From contig DF237510.1 in the NCBI GenBank assembly GCA_000708835.1, positions 1 to 57,939 on the forward strand: a stretch of 57,939 bases of DNA, written 5' to 3'. A program made the position numbers and the translations under genes. Positions 13,301 through 24,963 of the stretch are shown here, in pieces (position 1 is the first letter of the stretch; each line of letters begins with the position of its first letter). Source of the DNA: Klebsormidium nitens. Lineage: Eukaryota; Plantae; Klebsormidiophyceae. The notes below the pieces were generated by a model that made no database searches, had not been told where the DNA came from, and was given only the letters and a program-made list of their open reading frames with translations.

Positions 13301-15707
13301 TGAAAGAAATGTTTGGAGAGAACATTTTTGGAAAGTATCTTCTGATCTCAGATTCTGTCCACAAGTGCCGGGCCCGGCGTGTTTCGACTCACCGACCTGA
13401 CAGTTATGATCTTTGTTGCTGCCCAAAGCAGAACAAGGCTCGTCTTTCTTCTCGTTGAAAATGTCTTCCAGTTGGCTGACGTCGCATGCCTTGCCCGCAT
13501 GCTGTGATGAAGTCTCAGGCGTTGACTATCAGACGGTTCCGGCCGCTTGGAAGACTGGCATCCTGACTTGCGATTTTTTTCTGACCGACTTTGACGTTCC
13601 TCGGGAAAACCCTCTAATCCTGAGCTTACTTATGTCTTCCTTCTGCTGACGTCACTCTGTGCGCTGACGTGACATGCGCCCACTGCCTGGTGATCCTCAA
13701 CCGCTTCGAGCCTTGTCTCGCCTGACTCAAAAGGGCACCGTTCCGATTGTCGCTTCCACAAAGGGGCTCTTTGACACTATCCAATTTGCTGCTGACCTCC
13801 TTGAATCCGCTGACGTCACAGGCGCGGACTACCTCGTTGTTCCGAGCCGCTTCGAGCCTTGCGGTTTGATCCAGCTGCAAGCAATGCGCTACGGCACCGT
13901 TCCGATTGTCGCTTCCACTGGCGGACTGGTCGACACCGTTACCGAGGGCGTGACCGGTTTCCACATGGGAGAGATGGACGTCGACTGTGAAGAGACCAAG
14001 CCAGAAGACGTGAAGAAGGTGAGTCGTTGACGTGTTAGAAGCTCAGTGTCAACTTATTGCGGGCCTCTACCAAGAGAGCAGCGGATTCTTTTAGCGTGGA
14101 CGCAATCAATTCGTCGAAGAAACCTGACGTCGTCAGGTAAGGACGCCAGCGTGTCTCCCGATGTCACTGCTCGCCCGTGTCAAGATTGTTGGGTTGCAAA
14201 GGGCGGTCGTTTTTTCCTACCGCTGGAATGAGTGTCCATCGTGTAGCCACCGCTTCTCATACCTGAAGAAGGTGCGGAGCTGCTTCTTTGAACTACAAAT
14301 CAGACCGTGGCCACCGTTGCTAGAGGTGGAATTGGACCCAATACTCGATCAACAACAGGTTCACCTGACCGCCAACCTGACATATAACCTACCTGTAGCA
14401 ATTTGGCTCCGATTCTCTCTCAGGTTAGGCGGGTCGAAGTTAATTCCCGGTTTCGGTCCTTACCCCCTTTTGATGGGTCGGTCGGTCCGGGAAAAACACT
14501 ACTTGGTTTTATGCTACCATGTGCAGAAAATAGGATATTGTTGGGCCTAAATCCTACTTTTTGCCCCAGGTGTCACAGTTTTCGGATTGCCATGACCCAG
14601 AATCGCCAAAATTAGGTTCAATAGTTGACAGTGTTGATATAATGTTCTGCACAATTTTGGGATTCTGGATCAGTCGAAGACCGGAAACCGGGACTTGACT
14701 TCGGATGGCCTTAGGAGACACTCAAAAAGAAGGGATAACCCATTGGTTGCTTCACTGCAGGTCGCGGAGGGCGTGACGAAGGCGCTCGAAGTGTACGGGA
14801 CGCCCCAGTTCGACGAGATGATCAAGGCGTGCATGCAGCTGAACCTGTCGTGGGAGGTGAGCCACGTCTACTTTACTTTAGGTGCTGCGGTTCGCAACTG
14901 TGATTTTAATCCATCATTGAAATAGCAATGCCCTCTCAGGGCGGTTTCGTCAGGTCGAACGGCTTGGCAAAACCGTCCAATGTTGGTGCGCCAGATCTGA
15001 GAGAATGGTCGAGGCGGTATGCAGTTGAACCTGTCGTGAGAGGTGAGCGTTCGTGTCTGTTTTTCCTGGTTGCTGCATCTCAGAGTTTGCGTTGAAGCAG
15101 ACGGTGTACCATTTTACGTTGCGGCGGCAGAGTTGCGGAGATATTTGGTACGTCACAGTTGACCAGCAATCAAGGCTTTTTGTTGGAGGTGGGCTTCTAT
15201 CCGACTGTCTGCGGGTGTTGTAACTTTAGTTCTCCCGTCATTGTTTGCTATTAAAGCATCTTTGGAATTGAATGACTGTCTCCGGGTTTTGTCTCTTCGT
15301 GGTTCAAGCACGCTCTGCGGGTGACGGACCTCCGGTTCTCGCATTTGGCAAAAAGGGGCTTGCTGTGCACCCGGCGAGAAGTGTGCAGACGTATGCAACG
15401 AAGGCAACCCTTGCCCGCATATCAAACAGTTGTCAAGCAAGGCTTGTCCGTTCGTTACAGTATGTTAAAGCCCAACCCCCAATTCTGAAGTCTGGATGCA
15501 GAATGAAGGGTAGGTGAAGAGTCGTGGAGAAGGCTGCGTTATGGTATGACTGAGAGTGACGGGTCTGTGGACACCTGATATTTGCTGCAGAACCCGGCCA
15601 AGGAGTGGGAAGCCGAGCTGCTGAAGTTGGGCGTCGCCTACAGCGAGCCTGGCAAGGAGGGCGTTGAGCTGTACCCCAAGACGAAGGAAAATGTCGCCAC
15701 TCCCTAA
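7349..15707 (+). CDS. GBSS1: Granule-bound starch synthase (GT5, waxy/GBSS), plastid-targeted, 13 exons, 627 aa
   Basis: Exons 7349-7693, 7967-8014, 8600-8680, 9373-9471, 9893-10046, 10498-10598, 10904-11013, 11520-11763, 12401-12577, 13052-13166, 13822-14018, 14761-14856, 15591-15707. All are GT-AG with matching phases, total 1884 nt. Motifs: Ser/Ala-rich transit peptide, [60 protein letters not shown], and the GBSS-type C-terminus KENVATP*. Confidence 0.97.
14954..15042 (+). other. Pseudo-exon: decayed tandem copy of GBSS exon 12 with intact AG and GT
   Basis: CAG|GTCG at 14951-14957 mirrors the true acceptor at 14758. Positions 15019-15048 match 14833-14862 at 28/30, including the GTGAGC donor. 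It is 89 nt long, so not a multiple of 3. Confidence 0.8.
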
Positions 15708-17215
15708 GCGTAACGGAGTGGTTGAAGCCACGTGTTCGTCTTCGGGCGCGCCACCTGTGTCTGCGTGTTTCATAGTGCGACTCAACTCGCAAGTGCTAAG
15801 GTAGAGAACGTTGACAATCCAGCTTTGACCCAAATCGGGAAGCGAGCGGAGAGCACGGTTTTGTAGACACGCCAAGAGAAGGGCGTTTGAAGCGCATGTC
15901 CTTGCGTGTGGTCAGCGTCAGTACTTTGAGCTCAAATCAACCTGAGCATCGAGCGAAAGGTCGTAGTTGACAGCTCAAGCGGAAGAGAATCGATCGTTAG
16001 TCCGCGGAGCTTGAGAGTGGATAAGAGCAAGTAAGTCAAGAATCGTACTATTGATTAATGACCTTCAGAGAGTGATTACCTTCCAATGCACAAACGTCTG
16101 ACCCAAGACGGCCCCCAAAACTTGAGCATTATGTGCTTTGTCAACGGCAAGGAGCGTCAAAAGGATTCTAGCTGGAACTATCATTCATTTCCATAATAGC
16201 TACTTAATCGAGTCTTTGTAAGGTCTGAAGGACGTTCAAGGTTGATGGTCAGGTCATGCAATGTGCGGCTCCCAAGTCACAGCTCTAAAGCCTGCAATGT
16301 CGGACTCACGACTCAGACGAGATTCCCGAGGCGCACCTCAAGCAAGAGTGGCATCTATAAGCAACTTGAACACGTCAGCTAGATGTGTGATTCTTGATAC
16401 GATCACAACAATGCATGCCATGAGTTGCCAAGTTGTTGTACGCATGCTACACAGATTAGCATTGCCCATGCGTGCAGCAAGTTCGGACTGCGGGAGGGCC
16501 AGGATCTCCAAGCCACATCATTGCGCATGCCAAGACGTGCCACAGTGGGGGATGCAGCCGGTCTGAGTCGATATATCACTCGACCTCGGTCGGCCTATTG
16601 AAACCAGGATGCGGCCCCTGCTTGCGAGTAGAGTTGTATCATAGCTATTATCGATCATTTCAACCTGCACAAAATATATGCAATTACTTAATATGGATTC
16701 ATGCCGTCGTCAAAACTTCGGAGCTCGTGTAGAAACTTTCATTGCCATGCATGCAGCCAGATCGAGCTGAGCATGCCGTGATAAACTTTAACGAGTGCCA
16801 GCTAGCACCCTCTCATGCAATCAACTTCATGTGCGTGTCGGTGTTCTTCTACACCGGCATGATTCTATAGTGATCAGTGCATGCCAGAATATATATCTGT
16901 CACTTAATTGCGTTCGATCGCGCCTAGTCTGGCCCGCACCAATAGGTTGAGTCGCGGTTTTAATATGCGGCGCGCCGGGCCTGCAGGCGCCCAGGGGCTC
17001 ATTCGATCGGTACCAAAGTAAGCTCTTGAGTGCAATCCGTTTTTAAAAGTGCAGGCTGGGGAAAGAAACCACGGTCCAGTCGCCGGCTTCATTGTATTTC
17101 GCAGAGATGCACGTACCAGGCCCGGGCCGTCCGTGCGTGCGCCGGCACTCAGTGTAAGCCGGGAGCCCCATACTCGTGCATAAGTCGAGCTTTGCAATTG
17201 CATGAAGGTGTTCAA

Positions 17216-17263
17216 ATAAGAAATCAAACTTCATAAGAAATCAAAGTTCATAAGAGATCAAAG
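17216..17263. repeat. Tandem 17-mer repeat (ATAAGAAATCAAA[C/G]TTC x ~2.8)
   Basis: Units start at 17216, 17233 and 17250. Confidence 0.85.
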
Positions 17264-18184
17264 ACGGTTAGCGATCAGATCGGACCGCGACGTCAAACAC
17301 TGTTGTTTCGACGACATCATTTGAGTCCAAAGCTTCGCTCTCTGATCAAGTCTGGTGTACGTCGAAACAATACTAGAACAATCGGTAATGATCCTCATTC
17401 CAAATGAATGCTGTGTCCGTACATATGCACCCGAGTCGTGTTCAACGCTTTAGTATGCAATGCAATGCAGATTTGGCTGACTGTGAAGAGGAGTGGCCAG
17501 CTCTATGGCTCCACTTAGCCTTATCTGGAAGTCGGGATCATAATGTCAGAATTACGGCTTATACTGAAAGCTACTTCATGTTCTGCAAGCGTTTATAGAA
17601 GCCGTTCTTGAAGCAGACTATACGTATTCAAAAGTTTGCACGAGCTCAGTGCACATCTTTTGCTTCTATCGGTTGCCGCGGCAAGGCCTATGTCTGTATC
17701 CTTTTGCGGATGTTTTGCTTTATACCATTGAAGTTCATCTGCGCTGCATCGAAAGAAGTCACGTCTGACACGTGGCAGCTTCCATCCTCTCGCTAAGTGT
17801 TGCTGGAGACGGAGCTCAGACTCCTTGCGCCCAGTCCTCTTAACGACAACCGACGTTTATAACTTAGTATCTTTGCGGCGATACCTACAGTTACAATAGT
17901 GTTTTGCTCGTATGACAGGAGACCTACACCGACGGCTCAGCCGTTTATCAGTGTTTATCAGACTACCTCATCTAGTGGAGCAGGCTGAACGCGCGCGTTC
18001 CAGCGTGTGCTTCACTTTGACTACAAAGCTAACCTCGTTTTTCAAAGCCGGACCTTTTGACAAAGTCAAAGCTCGTCCTTATCCGAAAGAACTCGTCACT
18101 TTTATAGAAGCAGAGGCCCACCTAAGCTGCACGCTCAGTGCCATGACCGCCCGCCACAGCCTAGCTATAACCGATGCATCGGGC

Positions 18185-19174
18185 CCATAGCTTATCACCA
18201 ACCTCCATAGCTTATCACCACACCTCCCAGCTTCCGCCCGATAGCTCCTGCCATATACTCTTCCCCCCGTGCGCCTCTATTCTCCTGACGCCCTGCCACC
18301 ACTGTGCGATCACCCCCGCCTCCCGGTTCCCCTGATCATGCCCCCCCCGGCGCTGCGCCCATCGCTTATTAAGCTCGCTCACCTTATCGAGCACCATATC
18401 CCAGTGGCATTTGATACGCCAGTCGGAGACCACCGCGCTTATTGGCCGCCTTTGCAGCTCCGCATGCATCTTCGCTCGCGTGCTGACTAGCGACATGAAG
18501 GGGATGCTCGCCCCCCTCCGCAAAACACCCCCCACCAGAGGCGACTCCGAGTTTGCCCCGCAGGGGGAGTGCCCGAGTTGCTTGGAATCCATCTCCGCCA
18601 CACCGCTTGGCCGGTCTGACTGAACTCTTCCCCCCCCGGATACTGGCCACACCCCCGTTCCAAACTGACCCTCTCGCGATCGCTCGCTTGTAAAACGCGC
18701 CCCACTCAACCCCAAACCTGCCTCATACACACCTTCCCGGCAATCAAATTCACGTTCTCCCACCTTATAAGCAACTTCAAAGCTACTCCTTCTATGATCT
18801 GACCCAGACTCCGGTCTCCGGCAGTTACCCGCAGATCCCCCCTTTTTGCCTTCTGGACTTTTCCCCTCTCCTTGACACCCGCGCTTAAGCTCCCCCCCCC
18901 AGTATTCACTCTCAGAGCAGTCCCCATCTGAAACCTCTTGCCAGCTGTCATAGGCCCCCCCCTGCGCATGTGGGCTGTTCACCGAGTCTTGCGAGTGTGA
19001 CACGTCAACCTTACCAAACCAGGATTCCGGCCATTCTAAAACCAGTCCCGGCAGAGGTGTAACTGAGCTTGCGGTGGTCGTGACGCTAGTGGAAAGGAAC
19101 GCATCAGGCGTCACGCGACTAGGAAACTCCAACCGGGGGGAGTGCTCTATAGGAATCTCTAGGCTGGTTTCCAT
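18185..19174 (-). mobile_element. Possible degenerate non-LTR (LINE-like) ORF2 3' fragment
   Basis: A purine/G-rich 319-codon open frame with Trp-rich C-terminal segments (e.g. QAVWRRW...LWWG in an overlapping frame; SDWRIKCHW), reminiscent of L1-clade ORF2 ends. It ends in a 16-nt tandem duplication (CCATAGCTTATCACCA at 18185 and 18205). No RT YADD motif seen. Confidence 0.3.
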
Positions 19175-22100
19175 CCCGCCAAAAGCTCAGCTTTGAGCTA
19201 CGCGAGTGAGCAATAGAGCATAGCACAGAGGCAAGATGCCCAATAACAGCTGGCAAGTTCCGATTCTATTTGGGCACTCCAATTTGTACAGGAGACGCCA
19301 AACTTACAGTGGCTGGAACCAGATGCTCTCCCTTGAAAACTTTTCTCTCGCTGCGCAACTCGACGATAGGAAGCCTCAAGGCTGCTCTCAATTACCAGCT
19401 GTCAACGCGTGCATGGACGTTGGTCGTAGTACTGCTGATGCTATCAGTGCAAGTGCTGATGTATGATGGTGCAAAGCCCAGCAGTCCAGCTTGTTGAGAA
19501 CTTTTGGAACAGCGCTCGTCTGGCAATGTCGGTGAAAGGCTCCTTGTATGAAGAGGGTCCGCATTCTGAGCGGATGATCTGGCTCGAACCCTCGGTTGTC
19601 CTGAGTGTCTAAAGTGAGAGCTACGTCGAGAATCCGCACTCCCCTTCTTCTTCAGATCTTTTACTACCAGCAGATCCTATTGCAGTGCCTCAGATGCTCA
19701 GTGAGTAATCTCGAAATTAATCCTAGGCGCATAACAAGGAACCCACTTCGCGCCGCAGCTTTGCATCGCAGCTGTCTACCAGCGGCACTTGTTAGCCGAA
19801 CTAAGACGCTGCTAGTGCTAGCTCGATCGTAAGGCTTGATTCATCTACAGTTCCACATGGCATGAGTTGTGCGGTGTGGGTTGATCACACAAAAACTGTG
19901 CGGCTGTCAAGGCCCAGGCAAATCTATAAAGTAAAGCTTGCATTTTTTGAGTGAGCAGCACTGCAACAGTACACGAAGTCTTATAAAAGCTCTGAAGTCT
20001 AGCCTGTGGGTAGTTCAGATCTCGAAAAGCTGGCGACCGTTCGCGCTCCAACAGTCGCCGACAAGCAACAAGAGTGATACGGGCAGAATCACAATCGCTG
20101 CATGCGATCGACCGTACTGTCAGACGAGAGAGTTGCAGCGCTCCGCTTATGAGCACCGACGTCGCCCTCTTGCTTGGGTTACGCTTTCCAACTTTAACTG
20201 ATGTGTCCAAATCCCCAACTAGGTAGGACGTACTTCTATCGTTCAGTTGGTTATTGATATTAACAAGAGTACTGACAGCGACACTGACAAAACGCAAAAG
20301 ATAGCTTACAGGGAGCGAATGTTCCAAAGCACAGGTCTGTATCGGATCGGCGATCTGACCGAGTGCATATGGAGATCAGAAGTGATTGCGCCGTACGACG
20401 GGATCCCGCAACGGTTCCCGAGCGGTTGCGTGTTCGATTTTCATTTGCTTCTCTGACCGAGTGAACGTGATTGCCCACGTTGGCCTCGTCAGCCTCACTT
20501 CGAAGTGCGTCAGCCCAGACTCATGCCCGAGCCGGCACGCCGTGTAGTCCTGTGCCTGAAGACCGGTACCGTAGTGTTCCACGGTGAGTTGCGGCAGACT
20601 CAGTCCACTCTAAATAAATCATGACAGACGTGACGGGCCAGTGCCGGTTCCACAGGCTTGACAGCGCAACACGCTTGTCTGACCGAAGCCCATAGGGTTG
20701 GATTGGCAGCTAGCTAGATAAAGTATAGCCTGCGGCAAACCTGCCGCAGAGCAAGCGCAGAGCTAGCTGGCACTGCATCATTCAATGACATTCATTGGTG
20801 CATGGCATATCGGATCTATTGGAACGTCGGATACCGTAGTAAGCGCCACTGCCAAGGAACACCAGCTCGTCGGATCAATTATAGCATCCATGATTCCATG
20901 CGCTGAGTCTTACATGGGTGATGACTCACAAACAGTCATATGCAAGCATCCGCTTATTGCGCAACAGTACGGCACAAATATCATGTGGGATATTGGATAT
21001 CGATGTAAGGTCAAATGCACGCATTGGCCTAGCTCCTACAATTCTTAGTACCAGCCCTGTACATGCACATTTTCATCATAGGCATACAGACAAATGTGTA
21101 ACTTAGATTAAAGCAACGAAAGTATAGAAACTCCTATAAGTCTCAGAATATACAAATCCAATCATCATGCAACATCTTCTGGAAAAATGCGGAACGGTGG
21201 ATTGGACGGTTGCATGTCGGCAATGCATTCAAGATTGCCACGATATCAAGACATCAAGCATGAAGTTGCTCTCATGATGCGCCCGTGGTCACTCCCAATC
21301 GGGTTGGGATCTGGCGAGACATAGTCGACTCTGCTTTTGAGCGGCTCATACTTCGGATTGACTCCAAACTTATACTTAATACTTACACTTTGACCGTTGC
21401 CAACTTTTGCTTCTTGGCTGCGCCGCGGTCCACATATCGGTGCAGTTTGAGATTCCATGCACGCAGCATCAACTGTCTACCCTAGTCGCTTGCTGCGCCG
21501 ACAAACTTGCGCGCATGAAACATGACACCCATAAGAAGCTTATCAACATGCGCAATCAAATACGCGCGACTATAGGCCACGCATTCACCTTGTCCTCTAT
21601 GCTTTACCTCAACCAGCCTCCGTGACTTTTTCTATTCTTGCACGAATCATGTCGATTCAAATAATCATTGTATCCGTCGGCTTGAAGGTAGTCGACACTA
21701 AAGTTCTGCCGTTGCAGAACTCTGAAATGTTGAAGCTGGCACTCCTCTCCTGAAAAGCAAGGAAGTAAACAATCAATTACACACATAAAGCTGAAATTGA
21801 GAGATTGAACTCATCTTAACAGATTGATATGGTCGAGGAACGCACTTTTACTAGGACCCCGTAACTGCTAAGACAGAGCATCTGCAAGAGAGTTCTAATG
21901 CAAGGACATTCGTATCCATCGTCCGGAAAGGAGAGGAGAGCCTACCCATGAAACCAACTTATGCAAGGAGATCGCCTCAAACTTTGTTGCCTTGAATTGA
22001 ATCGGGCTCACGCATCAGGCAGCACCCGAATAGTCTGCGTTTCCATTTCACTACGTTGTTTAGAATTGGATGGGTCGACGATGACTACGGATAACATTCC

Positions 22101-23493
22101 TTCCAGCGAAAGGCAACCAGTCCTACCACAACAAGAACCAACTTAGGAGGGTAAACACCGCCCCGCTTACTTTCAGGCTTTTAAGTACAGTCCTGAGTCT
22201 AACCGAAAAGAAATTGTTGCCGCTACTTCGTTATTAAGAATCTTCGAACTTTGCTGTCAGAATCGACAGCATGAAATCTGTTGGTTAGCTGACTTTTCTA
22301 AACGCTTCCTCTCGTAAAAACGTCCTATGCCACGTTGCCATTTCAAAAACAAATCAGGCTCAAACGAAAGGGGAACGACAAACAGCCTTTCTAGCCCCAA
22401 CAACACTCTCAGCAAGAGTCCGGCTTCGCAAGCTTGTAAGCGGTCTTGGTTATAAATACAACTTTTCGTTTTTACTAATTAAAAACACGGGTATGGAATA
22501 TTCTCAAGTGCGCGACGTATTAACAGATTGGTCTCTGCATGCGGTGCCATGTTGCTCGAGAAATCCGGCCATGACGTCTGATGAATGATGTCAGACCGAC
22601 TCTGACAACGAAGTCAGCGCACAGGAATGGACACTGCGCGCATCGATCAGCAGTATAACACTCTGCATAACAAAACAAATCGCCGCTTCAAATAAGATAC
22701 GGGAAGAGCGCTCTGGAAATCTGTCAGGGGCATTCGAGGGTCAAACTTGCAGACCCAGAAGGCGTTTAAAAGGACTCTCTACCAGCGTTCTGTCCTACGC
22801 TTAATCTCACTATGCCAAGATGCGGCAAGCTGCCCAAAACGGTATTATAGAAGGTGGCAAACGCCTAAGAAATCGAAGTACAGAATCGATCTTCCAGGAT
22901 GAAGTTTGTCATTCAAACTTTTCGACGGTCTCAGGAAGCTTTCGGATTATGAGCTCAGCGGTGGCGCCCCCAGCCAATGAAACCAACAGATGGGGAACGA
23001 CAGAAAGAGTTGTGCTTTTAAGGAGTCCCCAGGCGAAAATCCGAAAAGCAATTGTGTGGTCAAGCACAGTTGTCAGCTATCTTTGCTCTCAGTAACTCAA
23101 AGCTTCACGATTCTGCTGGGCTGAAACACATGACAACAGGCATTCTCTTTGTGATGGGACAGTGGTCCAACATACGAAGCCAAACAACGTCTTAAGTAGG
23201 TCAGGAGATAAAAAGCCCCTTCTCAGAAGATGCCTGCGGAGCACAGGCAAATAGTGATTGCTCAGATCCAGTATGCGCACCTGAAGCAAGGGAGTTGCCT
23301 GCGGCTTGATTATAACAGAGACCGCGCGTCTCTGTAGAAGCGAAGCAGGAGTGTGGCAACCTGAGAAATCTGAACCTTGTGATCTGCTATTTCAAGCTAC
23401 CTTGTTCTTTTTTTAGAGTTTATACCTAAAGGCTATGCCAATTGGCTGCAATAACTGCTGACCACCGTCGTAACGAACTGATTGAAAGGCACC

Positions 23494-23898
23494 TTATGTG
23501 CCGCTTTGATCCGCCGCTTGCGTGATCAGCACAAGCACAAATGCTGCAATAAATGCCGCCAGCGATGGCAGCGCCACGAGCAGCAACGCCGGCCCGGCCG
23601 CCGGGTACCTGTTCTCCTGTAGCCTTATCTTCACCTGCGCATACCTGTATAAGCCGATGCTCACAAACCACATACCCAGGAAGACCATGCAAGACCCCAG
23701 GACTTTAGAGAAGACTGGGGTGTTGGTGTTCTGGATCGAGAAGCGCGCCAGCGCCACTCCCAAGGCTGAGACTGTGAGGCCTGTGCGCAGCCAGGCTAAG
23801 AAGGTGCGCTCATTTGCGAGGTGGTCTCGCGCGGTGGTACCTTCGTTTGGGTAGACGGAGCTGTCGAAGAAGGCCTTTGCAACCTTCTTAGGTTGCAT
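23494..23898 (-). CDS. DUF202 / YidH-family membrane protein (134 aa, single coding exon)
   Basis: Signature ARDHLANERTFLAWLRTG followed by three hydrophobic helices. ATG at 23898 lies just after an acceptor (AG at 23905-23904), so a 5' exon is possible. Confidence 0.88.
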   Translation of the reverse strand: MQPKKVAKAFFDSSVYPNEGTTARDHLANERTFLAWLRTGLTVSALGVALARFSIQNTNTPVFSKVLGSCMVFLGMWFVSIGLYRYAQVKIRLQENRYPAAGPALLLVALPSLAAFIAAFVLVLITQAADQSGT

Positions 23899-24963
23899 GC
23901 TCGCTGCAGAAAACAGAGTCCTCAATACTGAGGGATGATGTGCGCACTGCCGAAGAGAGGTAGGAGGCCGGCCAGAAAGAATTTGGAAGACTTCTAAGTT
24001 CTGATTCTAGCTGTCCTGCCTCTACCTCCTGCCTGCCCACACCTTGCCTGCCGCGGGCGCCACCGCGCGCGGGCTAGCTAGCGCGATTCAGGGAGATGTT
24101 GTCCGACCATCTTGCCATTCTTGGCCCGTGACCTCAACCTTTTCGAATGGTGTCGTCGAAAGTACAAAATAAAGGGATTAGAACCGGCCGGCATCAAAAG
24201 CGGGTCCAATTCCGAATACGTGTCTTACCCCTCGGTCTGGCAATGAACCGTCTTGCCGCCCGTCCGGTTCTGCAATGCCCGGAAGTTCGACGGCGTGTCT
24301 ACGTATTGAACACGGAGAAACCTTTGCCAATTTGGCGCCATTTGGCGCGAACTTGGTGTCCGACGGCGAGAGCAGCTAGAGGGCCAGAATTTGAAGGTCT
24401 CTTGAATTGGCATTCTTGAATCTTGGCTTCTCTAGCTTGAAGAGTCTCACACCAGAGCAGGCAATCTGTTTCATGCAAATTTTGCGTGTGCACGCTGCGC
24501 GTCTGCTATTCTGCATCAAAGTCCACCCCTGGCTAGCTACCCTTGTGAAGCTCCTCTTTGCTTGAGGCGATTGAAGGGATTGCAAGATCTACTCGTGAGC
24601 ACACGTTCAGTGGATCAGTGTTCATCCACTAGAGCTATCGTTCAGCAGCACGAGTGCAGCAAATTGCCATTTTGCTTTCCAAGCCAAAGCGATTGCTATC
24701 TATATACTGCTATACCGCAGGTCCAGCTCAACCGCACCAGCCTGCTGACCCCTTGGCTCCAGCAGTCAGGTCACATTCTGGTGAATAGATTAGGAATGCA
24801 TCACCTCTCACAAATCTAGTTCGAAGTTCTCTGATCAGGCATCGACGGACCGTGACGATTACAAGGTGCACACCTCACCCGTTTTTATCTCCACTGAACT
24901 ACTTGATCCAGCCCCTCCAGAGCCGCCCGGGGCAGAGACAGATTCTGATGAAGATTCCGCCCT

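Noticed and set aside
14300-14712. Possible MITE in GBSS intron 11 (GGCCACCG...CGGATGGCC)
   Set aside because: The inverted match is only ~8 bp with an indel, and there is no TSD.
19845-20327. 160-aa ORF with YLVGDLD (endonuclease-like GDFN)
   Set aside because: No other APE motifs and no splice support; not called.
20639-20775. CAGTGCC...GGCACTG inverted pair
   Set aside because: Only 7 bp with no TSD; expected by chance.
15800-23400. Gene-poor interval with many GCATGC/CTAG palindromes and short ORFs
   Set aside because: No coherent exon chain, termini or RNA gene could be supported by eye.
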